The translations under genes were made by a program, and so were the position numbers. Of a stretch of DNA of 64,000 bases, positions 9,738 to 16,880 are shown piece by piece. Under the pieces are notes generated by a model, which was given only the letters and a program-made list of their open reading frames with translations, was not told the origin of the DNA and did not search any database. The stretch covers positions 1-64,000 of IMG/VR virus record IMGVR_UViG_3300035670_000110. One strand, 5' to 3'. The stretch comes from a virus. Position 1 is the first letter of the stretch; every line of letters begins with the position of its first letter.

Positions 9738-10216
9738 AGAAATCTACCGCCCCAGACACCTTTATTAGAATTTACATATCCTGGTGGGATAACTGCTAAC
9801 CTACATTTTCCTTCCGCCTCAATGCTGTAGGAGAGAATCTGGCAGCCCAGTGAGCCATCATCTTTTTGATATACCAAAGAGCAGTTAGAGCATTTGACTC
9901 CAATAGAGGCATCCGAATTTTGAGCGGCAGTCTCATATCCTATCCATATTCCTGTACTCTCATTATCTAGAGGTCCATATTTTTCTGCAATAGAAACTAA
10001 AGAATCATGAAATTCTTTTTCTGGATCTGATAACTGTGAGTAAAGTCCATTATCAACCTTACTAATTTTCTTTGACTGTGATTCAGCGGCGTAGAGCGCC
10101 CTTTGCTGATCTAAGGCTTCTTGCCTAGTTGAATGAGTTCCGCGAACAGTACCATCTGGACCCACTACAGAGTATCCAGACTTACCACGGTAGTTCTGTC
10201 TAATATCGTATGGCAT
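9734..10216 (-). CDS. Putative head-associated protein with a HiPIP-like 4-Cys module and scaffold-like C-terminal peptide
   Basis: AGGAGG RBS; CSNC...C...GKC; ends KGVWGGRFL. Confidence 0.6.
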   Translation of the reverse strand: MPYDIRQNYRGKSGYSVVGPDGTVRGTHSTRQEALDQQRALYAAESQSKKISKVDNGLYSQLSDPEKEFHDSLVSIAEKYGPLDNESTGIWIGYETAAQNSDASIGVKCSNCSLVYQKDDGSLGCQILSYSIEAEGKCRLAVIPPGYVNSNKGVWGGRFL

Positions 10217-10236
10217 AACATCCTCCTATTATCATA

Positions 10237-11391
10237 TTATACCGCAGTTAATAAATTAATCTTTTTCTCTTTCTTAGACTTCATATGAATTAATTCAATT
10301 GCTTCAGACCATTTATATTTAACTAAATAAATATTAAACTGATTTGCCACCACTGAAAAATTTTTCTGCCTCTCTTCTAATCTTACTTCTGGATCTAGAA
10401 GAGCATTTAAATGTTTCAACCAATCTTTATTTGTTTTTGCTATCCTGCCAGCGCCAGCATCTGCAAGATCACGATATTCTTGTGTGTCAGACGCCACGAA
10501 AGGTATCCCAGATAGAGCATACTCCATTCCCTTCAAACTACTTTTTGCCTCATTAAATTGATTTTGTGTCAGCGGTACGATACCGATATCTATAGGCATA
10601 AATATGTGTCCATAGTATTGCGGTCTAGCGCCCGTAAAACCAGTGACCCTATCTGAATCTATATTAAGAGCCTCCGCTATCCAATGAGGTTTATCCAACA
10701 TAATCCCAGAATGATGAAACTTAAGATCATTTTTTTCAATAAATGTTTTTATTGGGGCAGAAACACATTTTAGATCGTCCACCCTCCAAGCCATCATTCC
10801 CACCCAGCCTACTGTTGGTTTATTTCCAGAGTTATCAACTCTATATATAAATGTTTTTGGATCTAATGAATTTCCTACTCTATAAACATTTTTATTATAT
10901 TTCAACATTCTTTGTTCTAAAAATTTAGTGCTAGCAATTATTCCACTTGCTACAGAGTATGTTTTAATAAGATGGTCACGATTATTCTCTGGATTATTTT
11001 TAGGATCGGTAGTTTTAAATGCGAGGTTATCTTCTGGAAGTTGTTCAAAGTGATCGTCTGTATCAATAATCACAGTCTGTCCATAACTTTTAGCAAGTTC
11101 TATATATTTTGCAGCGTCTTTATGCATAAACAATTTTAAAATAACTACATCTAATCTATCAAATGCCTCGCTGTAGTTTTTAATGACTCCGTTTTTCTTA
11201 TATTTTAACCTTTCTACTGGCTTTACAGCCACGAACCCCTCTCCATCTTTCCAGCCAATTTCACCAACCATAACTTCGTGGCCGATCTTTGATAAATTAA
11301 TTCCGGGAATCATCATTCTAATGTTTGTGCAACCACCAGGCAATCCTTCAATGTGGTCGCCCCAGTCTGTAGAAAGAAAACCTATTCTCAT
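10237..11391 (-). CDS. Glycosyltransferase (GT-B, GT4-like)
   Basis: IDTDDHF, TVGWVG, DIGIVPL..NQFNEAKSSLKGMEYALSGIPFVAS. Confidence 0.85.
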   Translation of the reverse strand: MRIGFLSTDWGDHIEGLPGGCTNIRMMIPGINLSKIGHEVMVGEIGWKDGEGFVAVKPVERLKYKKNGVIKNYSEAFDRLDVVILKLFMHKDAAKYIELAKSYGQTVIIDTDDHFEQLPEDNLAFKTTDPKNNPENNRDHLIKTYSVASGIIASTKFLEQRMLKYNKNVYRVGNSLDPKTFIYRVDNSGNKPTVGWVGMMAWRVDDLKCVSAPIKTFIEKNDLKFHHSGIMLDKPHWIAEALNIDSDRVTGFTGARPQYYGHIFMPIDIGIVPLTQNQFNEAKSSLKGMEYALSGIPFVASDTQEYRDLADAGAGRIAKTNKDWLKHLNALLDPEVRLEERQKNFSVVANQFNIYLVKYKWSEAIELIHMKSKKEKKINLLTAV

Positions 11392-11417
11392 TCATTCTCC
11401 AAGTATATTGTTGGTTT

Positions 11418-11458
11418 GGCGGGGGCGTTGCCGCACATTTTATTGTGTTGCCCCCGCC
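11418..11458. terminator. GC-rich stem-loop (terminator or RNA structure)
   Basis: ggcgggggc...gcccccgcc inverted repeat with an inner gcaca/tgtgt pair, in an intergenic gap. Confidence 0.5.
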
Positions 11459-11492
11459 GTCACCAGTCGTTCTGCATAAACTAATATGTAGT

Positions 11493-12140
11493 TTATACCT
11501 TTTTCGGTGTACATTCTTTGGGAAATAGAGACCAGCCCGTATTAAAAGGCTTAATTACCCACGAATATGTCAATCCAGATCCCCATAAATTATAATACAT
11601 TCCAGCATCTTCATACCAGGAATCTGTTTTGAACGAATATCCGTATCCCCAATGATACATACCATCTTTTAGAAAATATTTTCTAACAATACTAGACTGA
11701 GTGCTTTTGTCTAGCATATTAGATCTGGACCACCAAGACTTTCCAGACCATGCACTTGTCTGAATTTGCCAAGTACCCAGCGCTCCAGTAAAATATCTGC
11801 TAGATTCATCTAACGATTGGTGCTTTGACTCTCTCCATGTTATTGCCCAAGCACCTCTCAACATTCCAGGTTTAGTGAAACCTGCGTCAAATAACATTTT
11901 TGCTTGCTCAGCATCACATCTAAGCGGCAAGGTCCAAACCTTTTTTCTATCCTTTTTTCTTTCTAGTGAATCAGCGGTAACAAAAATATTATTTTTATCC
12001 TCCGCCAAGGGCGCAGACTTAGCATACGCCATGCTTGGTGCGATAATTAAAATAACTGCCAAAGATAAAGCAGAAATCAAATCTATCATCGAACCAATTT
12101 GGTTTTTTTTCGTCATATTAACCTCCTTGGGCGGCAACAT
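11493..12140 (-). CDS. Exported lysozyme-like / lytic transglycosylase protein
   Basis: N-terminal hydrophobic signal; AITWRESKH (catalytic Glu) ...ALGTWQIQ; alternative start 12116 follows AAGGAGG. Confidence 0.65.
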   Translation of the reverse strand: MLPPKEVNMTKKNQIGSMIDLISALSLAVILIIAPSMAYAKSAPLAEDKNNIFVTADSLERKKDRKKVWTLPLRCDAEQAKMLFDAGFTKPGMLRGAWAITWRESKHQSLDESSRYFTGALGTWQIQTSAWSGKSWWSRSNMLDKSTQSSIVRKYFLKDGMYHWGYGYSFKTDSWYEDAGMYYNLWGSGLTYSWVIKPFNTGWSLFPKECTPKKV

Positions 12141-12171
12141 TGTTCTACTTTACAGTAAATATGGATATAAG

Positions 12172-13809
12172 TCAATTTTTTATCATTGCTCTACCTATTT
12201 CAGGGAACCATAGACAATAAAGGTTTGATTCCTTGTAAGTCTTTATAGCATCTTCTGGTGTTTCTACCAACGGTTCTCCTGCGAGATTAAAACTAGTATT
12301 TAATAAAACGCCAACTCCGGTATTTTTTTTAAATTCTAATAATAATTGAAACAATGGCTCTGATTCGTCTTCTATAATTTGAATCCTACAGGTGTTGTCA
12401 ACATGCAGAACTCCAGGTATTTCTTTTGCAATATCTTTTGCGTCAGCATTTATTGTCATAAATTTATATCCGTCATTATTTTTTAAATAAAAGTACTTAT
12501 GAGCATCTTCTTCTAGACAAACTGATGCAAAAGGTCTATACCATTCTCTTTTCTTAATAATATTAATTAAATTTTTTGCATTGAGATTTCTTGGGTCAAA
12601 GAGTATAGACCTATGACCCAAGGCTCGGGGGCCAGCCTCCGATAGTTTATAATATATACAGACGGATTTTTGATCTAATAAAATATCTACTATGTTTGCA
12701 ATTTCTATTTTTTGGGTATCATCTTTCAACAAATCATAATTTTTTCCGTGAAAAAATAAATTATTAATTTTATTTATAGTTTTATCTTTAGTTAATTTTC
12801 TATAAGCCAGCATAGCAGAGCCAATGCTGTTTCCACTATCGTCTGCAATTGGCTCAAAATAAAAATTTATTTCTGGAAAATTTTTAATAAACCTAGAGTT
12901 AGCAACGACATTTAATCCATATCCTCCAGTTATGCATATATTCTTACAATTAGTTTTTTCCACTGCCTTTTTTATTAAAAATTCCATTGCATCTTCTGTT
13001 TGTTTTTGTACATGAAAAGCATAATCTGCATATAATTTGTAGTTTTTTTCATTAATATTTTTTGTTTTAACAAAATAATAGTTTGAATATATTGGTATTG
13101 AATTATTTTTTTCTATTTCAACGTCAATAAAATAATTTGAGTTTATTATGTTTGAATTATTTAAAATAAAATTTGGTATATTTGATTTTTCCCCGTAGGC
13201 AGAAAGGCCCATGGTTTTTCCATTTTCTAATGGACTTTCTCCGATCAATCCCGTTGCACTACAGTACATTCCGACTAAACCAATTCCAGCAAAAGAATCT
13301 ACTTCACAGTCTGGATATTTATTTAAAATTAATGGTTTAGACAAAGAGTTAAATATTTTTTTTTCAAAATTTTTATACACTGGTATGAAGTTATCTGGAT
13401 AAGATGCATAGAATATAGATTCTAATTCTTGTAGTCCATCTACATATGATCCAGCACCATCTGCAACAATAATGGCTGCATCCTCAAATCCACTATTATA
13501 AAAAGCCAAACTTGCGTGCTGCAAATGATGTTGGCTTGAAGCATCAATATTATTTTTTACATTAACATATTTTCCAACAATATGCACCCAGTCCTGAAAA
13601 TACTGATCATACGATCCTTCTGCGGCAGGGGCAAATATAAAAGATTCTACTTCTTTTAGATCTTCAACACCTTTTTGTAAAGAAAGTATTGGCCTATAGT
13701 CTCTTTTTTTCTTGCTTATTCTTTCCTCTTTTAGGAATACTTCAATATTGCCATCATTAATTATACATATGCTAGAGTCATGGCAGGGAGATATTCCTAA
13801 AAATCTCAT
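12172..13809 (-). CDS. Carbamoyltransferase (NodU/CmcH family)
   Basis: HDSS, EERISKKK, HHLQHA, ADGAG, GKTMGLSAYG, GGYGLNVVAN, DDSGNSIG, EAGPRALGHRS, KKREWYRPFA, HVDNTCRIQ, LNTSFNLAGEPLVET. Confidence 0.93.
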   Translation of the reverse strand: MRFLGISPCHDSSICIINDGNIEVFLKEERISKKKRDYRPILSLQKGVEDLKEVESFIFAPAAEGSYDQYFQDWVHIVGKYVNVKNNIDASSQHHLQHASLAFYNSGFEDAAIIVADGAGSYVDGLQELESIFYASYPDNFIPVYKNFEKKIFNSLSKPLILNKYPDCEVDSFAGIGLVGMYCSATGLIGESPLENGKTMGLSAYGEKSNIPNFILNNSNIINSNYFIDVEIEKNNSIPIYSNYYFVKTKNINEKNYKLYADYAFHVQKQTEDAMEFLIKKAVEKTNCKNICITGGYGLNVVANSRFIKNFPEINFYFEPIADDSGNSIGSAMLAYRKLTKDKTINKINNLFFHGKNYDLLKDDTQKIEIANIVDILLDQKSVCIYYKLSEAGPRALGHRSILFDPRNLNAKNLINIIKKREWYRPFASVCLEEDAHKYFYLKNNDGYKFMTINADAKDIAKEIPGVLHVDNTCRIQIIEDESEPLFQLLLEFKKNTGVGVLLNTSFNLAGEPLVETPEDAIKTYKESNLYCLWFPEIGRAMIKN

Positions 13810-14204
13810 TACTTAACCATTAATTTTGTTGATGTAACCTTAAATCCGTGTGCTCTTTCAATCACCATGTACTGATATGTTAAAAGACCCATTTTTTCTT
13901 TCAATTCTTTAATAACCAATTCAGCGTCTAACGTTGAACAGGTATATAAATCAAATTGGAGCAGTGCCGGATCTTGCTCATCCCAGATATGAAAAGCAAT
14001 GTGAGAGGTTTCAATCATCACCGCTCCGGTGATCCCTCTGTTTCCAGGAGCATCCACATATGATGCAAATGGACCCTGCACTATCTTCATTCCAATTTTT
14101 TCAACTAGGCTAGACAGCCAGGATATTGCATCTTCTGGGCTTTTGATTGGATTTTCTACATACCCGTTAAGAATAATTTGATTATGAAGAGGCATCTCAA
14201 ACAC
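13809..14204 (-). CDS. speD: Pyruvoyl-dependent S-adenosylmethionine decarboxylase-like protein (SpeD family)
   Basis: GITGAVMIETSHIAFHIWDE...FDLYTCS. Confidence 0.8.
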   Translation of the reverse strand: MFEMPLHNQIILNGYVENPIKSPEDAISWLSSLVEKIGMKIVQGPFASYVDAPGNRGITGAVMIETSHIAFHIWDEQDPALLQFDLYTCSTLDAELVIKELKEKMGLLTYQYMVIERAHGFKVTSTKLMVK

Positions 14205-14592
14205 TCATTCCATTGCACAGGTATCTTTCTGCCCCAACAATAATTGCAGCGGCAAATCTAGCACCTTGCTCATTGTCCATATTATTTTCAACTAGGGCAT
14301 AAGAAAGAGCATTTACTATATCATTTTGAGACATTCCGTTTGCATATCCTTCACAAACAATATTCCCAAGGTTAATAAGGTCACCGGGAGATGCTGAAGA
14401 TGCATAGACCCCACCGTTTTCTTTAACAAAAGAAACATATTCTGAGACACCAGAAACATTTCCATCATTCTGATTAATGTCCGGTGCTGGAACCTGCTCA
14501 GTTACTGTTACCACTGGAGCAGGTTGTGAATTTGTAGAGCATCCTACTAAAGCCACCATAGAAATTACAGCGGCCACAAAAATCTTTTTCAT
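14197..14592 (-). CDS. Lipoprotein, DUF732-like
   Basis: Signal peptide with lipobox LVGC, PVVTVT linker, LINLGNIVC...A..YLC. Confidence 0.65.
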   Translation of the reverse strand: MKKIFVAAVISMVALVGCSTNSQPAPVVTVTEQVPAPDINQNDGNVSGVSEYVSFVKENGGVYASSASPGDLINLGNIVCEGYANGMSQNDIVNALSYALVENNMDNEQGARFAAAIIVGAERYLCNGMSV

Positions 14593-14604
14593 TTTATCTC
14601 TTTT

Positions 14605-14787
14605 CTATTCGGTATAATCCCAACGGACTATCATCATAGCATATCTAATGCCTTCCCGAAACCATTTTGATCTATTAAAATCTTCATCTGTTTCTTGAGG
14701 CCAATATACACTATGAGCATCTTCTAATTGTTTAGAGAATACATCTCTCCAATATTTTTGACACTCATCGTCTGTATGCATTTCCAT
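14605..14787 (-). CDS. Hypothetical protein
   Basis: 60-aa ORF directly after tRNA-Asn. Confidence 0.55.
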   Translation of the reverse strand: MEMHTDDECQKYWRDVFSKQLEDAHSVYWPQETDEDFNRSKWFREGIRYAMMIVRWDYTE

Positions 14788-14788
14788 G

Positions 14789-14860
14789 CTGGCATGGTAG
14801 GATTCGAACCTACAACCAATCGGTTAACAGCCGATTGCGCTGCCATTGCGCCACATGCCA
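14789..14860 (-). tRNA. tRNA-Asn (GTT), no encoded CCA
   Basis: TGGCATG/CATGCCA acceptor stem, anticodon arm ATCGG-CTGTTAA-CCGAT, T-loop GTTCGAATC. Confidence 0.93.
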
Positions 14861-14866
14861 ATTGCG

Positions 14867-14937
14867 CTGGAGAACAAGGATTCGAACCTAGACTAAATGA
14901 TCCAAAGTCATTTGTGCTGCCATTACACCATTCTCCA
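14867..14937 (-). tRNA. tRNA-Gln (TTG), no encoded CCA
   Basis: TGGAGAA/TTCTCCA acceptor stem, anticodon arm AATGA-CTTTGGA-TCATT, T-loop GTTCGAATC. Confidence 0.92.
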
Positions 14938-14940
14938 TAG

Positions 14941-15043
14941 CCGATATGCCAGCGGGTAACTACACCATCCTAAGATATTTCCTGCACGTTTGACGCAACT
15001 CATACTGGATCAACTGCGACTCAAAGAATTGCTGGCATATCGG
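14941..15043 (-). ncRNA. Unassigned structured RNA (about 103 nt, predicted three-way junction)
   Basis: Perfect 13-bp terminal helix CCGATATGCCAGC/GCTGGCATATCGG enclosing two internal hairpins; fills the whole gap between a CDS and tRNA-Gln; strand assumed from context. Confidence 0.65.
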
Positions 15044-15046
15044 AGT

Positions 15047-15406
15047 CTATTTACTTAAATCGAAGGGGGAACCTTCCCAAACCTTCTTCATTCTATTTAC
15101 TATTGCTCTAGACCAAGAGTATCCAGCGTCTCCGCCCCAGGCTTCCCACATAATTTTTCCATTAGATGGATATCCTTCTTCACCCGGAGAAAAACCCTTA
15201 CCCTTTTTATCTACTTCATGCCTAGAGAAATATGAATACATTCTCTTAACGGTATCTAGAGAGAGATTTTCTTTATTTGCAAGTTGATTTGCACGAGTCC
15301 AGCCAACAGATGTTCCTGCACCCGTAGCCTTTCCCTCTTCTCTCCATTTTAGTGCTCTTCTTGCCGCTGCTGCCATAGAATCAGTCGGCTTATACGTCTC
15401 TGCCAA
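15047..15406 (-). CDS. Phage head-associated domain protein
   Basis: YKPT..M...ARRAL.WR...GT.VGW.RA.QL...LS.DTVKRMYSYFSRHEVDK...PS.G.I.W.AWGGD.G..W domain, as seen in phage head proteins; probable TTG start at 15406 after GGGAG. Confidence 0.7.
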   Translation of the reverse strand: MAETYKPTDSMAAAARRALKWREEGKATGAGTSVGWTRANQLANKENLSLDTVKRMYSYFSRHEVDKKGKGFSPGEEGYPSNGKIMWEAWGGDAGYSWSRAIVNRMKKVWEGSPFDLSK

Positions 15407-15536
15407 GATCGGTAAACTCCCATCCATTTATAGATGTGCTATATGCGTAATAATGTCTTGTACATAAATACAGTTCAGTCTGGTGTGCCAGACCTCTACC
15501 AACTGACTGCGCTAAACAAAAATCACAAGTAGCCAT
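15390..15536 (-). CDS. Small zinc-finger-like protein (48 aa)
   Basis: Manual ORF MATCDFC...LYLCTRH...GRDV; TGATATAAT lies 5 nt upstream of the ATG. Confidence 0.6.
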   Translation of the reverse strand: MATCDFCLAQSVGRGLAHQTELYLCTRHYYAYSTSINGWEFTDLGRDV

Positions 15537-15541
15537 AACTG

Positions 15542-15550
15542 ATTATATCA
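15542..15550 (-). promoter_or_regulatory. Extended -10 promoter (TGATATAAT), probably leaderless
   Basis: 5 nt upstream of ATG 15536; no Shine-Dalgarno. Confidence 0.55.
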
Positions 15551-16067
15551 TTCCTAGTTTCGACGCATAATCATACATAGCGATGCCACACGCAGTGCCC
15601 ACGTTCAAACTTCTTACACTTCCAAGTTGTGGTATATAAACAATATCGTCGGCCAAAGATATTGCCGAATTACTAATACCCCTGCGCTCTTCTCCGAATA
15701 TCATAAAGGTGTTTTCTTGCCACTTATAATCTGTAATTGGAACAGCATTGGGGATATTATCTATAGCAACCCATCTCATAGATCTAATCTTTTCATCATT
15801 AGCCCATATTTCTTCTAGGCTAGGAGAATATTTAAGGTGCATATAGTTATGTGTTCCTACCGCTCCACGACGATCCCACTTCTTATCTCCAATTATCCAA
15901 ACCTCTTTTGCCATGAAAGCGTTTGCATTACGCATCCCCGTAGCCTTATTAAAATCTCCAGAAATATTTTCAAAGGCGGCAATGAAAGGAAGTCTTTTTT
16001 TATCAAGATCGGCCTTAATTTGATCTGTTTCCCATTCTTTATAGTAGTCAATGACGTTACGATTCAC
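15543..16067 (-). CDS. SpoU/TrmH-family (SPOUT) RNA 2'-O-methyltransferase
   Basis: ENISGDFN...MRNANAF, IFGEERRGIS, VYIPQLGSVRSLNVGTACGIAMY. Confidence 0.9.
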   Translation of the reverse strand: MNRNVIDYYKEWETDQIKADLDKKRLPFIAAFENISGDFNKATGMRNANAFMAKEVWIIGDKKWDRRGAVGTHNYMHLKYSPSLEEIWANDEKIRSMRWVAIDNIPNAVPITDYKWQENTFMIFGEERRGISNSAISLADDIVYIPQLGSVRSLNVGTACGIAMYDYASKLGMI

Positions 16068-16407
16068 CGTAATCCCCCTGAATATAAGAACCAGTTCCAT
16101 ATATTAAATACATCATAGATTTTTCCTCTTCTGACAAATCTTTAGCGTCTAGCCAGTTATCTGACTTATCATTTAAGTATATATGGGCCAGTCCATCATT
16201 GTCCATCATTAAATCTATATATCCCTTAAACCACAGGCTTCCTAGAATATCAGAATCCTGTATCCTCATGAATTCAACAAGTTCTGCCTGCTCTTCATAA
16301 AACAGGTCAGTAAATCTATATACTTCGTCACCGGCAATATTTTTTCCGGCTGGCTCAATATATCCCTTTTTTAAAAATATTTCTAAAATTTCATCATTTA
16401 AATCCAT
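16057..16407 (-). CDS. Hypothetical phage protein
   Basis: ORF in a packed operon. Confidence 0.65.
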   Translation of the reverse strand: MDLNDEILEIFLKKGYIEPAGKNIAGDEVYRFTDLFYEEQAELVEFMRIQDSDILGSLWFKGYIDLMMDNDGLAHIYLNDKSDNWLDAKDLSEEEKSMMYLIYGTGSYIQGDYGES

Positions 16408-16880
16408 TATGCAGTCCTTTTAGTAAATCCTAGAAAACAAGAAAAACAGTGATAAGTTTGGTGATCGCATTCCGATGGCTTTCTTTTAGCCCAACCAGGA
16501 AAATTTTTTGGTTCTGGCTGAGAATAGCATGATGAGCACATTTGTCCTGGATAAAGCATTCTACCACTATTACAAATTTTACACACCCTTTTTCTATTTT
16601 TCTTACTTATTTTTTGTTGTTTACGATAAGATCTGCTCTTCTCTTTTTCAGGGACGGAACCGTCTTGATTTGGAATCCTGTCCCCCTTCCATATATTACA
16701 TTCTCTATGGGCAAGCCTTAAGTTTGATATATCCCAGGTCCCTCCCTTTGATAAAGGAATCCAGTGATCTATGGTGGGCTTTTCCTTTTTACCAAAACTA
16801 TTTTTACATATGTAGCAGAAATAGCCATCACGTTCTATAATTTTATTGACTCTTTCCTTTTTACTTTCCCAATCCTTCAT
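16407..16880 (-). CDS. HNH endonuclease with extra Cys motifs
   Basis: RDGYFCYIC, TIDHWIPLSKGG, NLRLAHRECNIWKG; adjacent to terminase. Confidence 0.88.
   Translation of the reverse strand: MKDWESKKERVNKIIERDGYFCYICKNSFGKKEKPTIDHWIPLSKGGTWDISNLRLAHRECNIWKGDRIPNQDGSVPEKEKSRSYRKQQKISKKNRKRVCKICNSGRMLYPGQMCSSCYSQPEPKNFPGWAKRKPSECDHQTYHCFSCFLGFTKRTA

Noticed and set aside
9734-9766. GVWGG at the end of the 160-aa protein as a WhiB motif
   Set aside because: The Cys spacing is not WhiB-like, and the longer exact match is to the scaffold C-terminus (WGGRFL)
14728-14940. 70-aa plus-strand ORF containing GFEP motifs
   Set aside because: It is the translation of the reverse complement of two tRNA genes
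14941-15043. Structured RNA as a c-di-GMP riboswitch, 5S rRNA or hammerhead ribozyme
   Set aside because: The resemblance is only superficial; the GNRA/receptor pair, 5S conserved loops and CUGANGA core are missing, and it precedes a tRNA rather than a CDS
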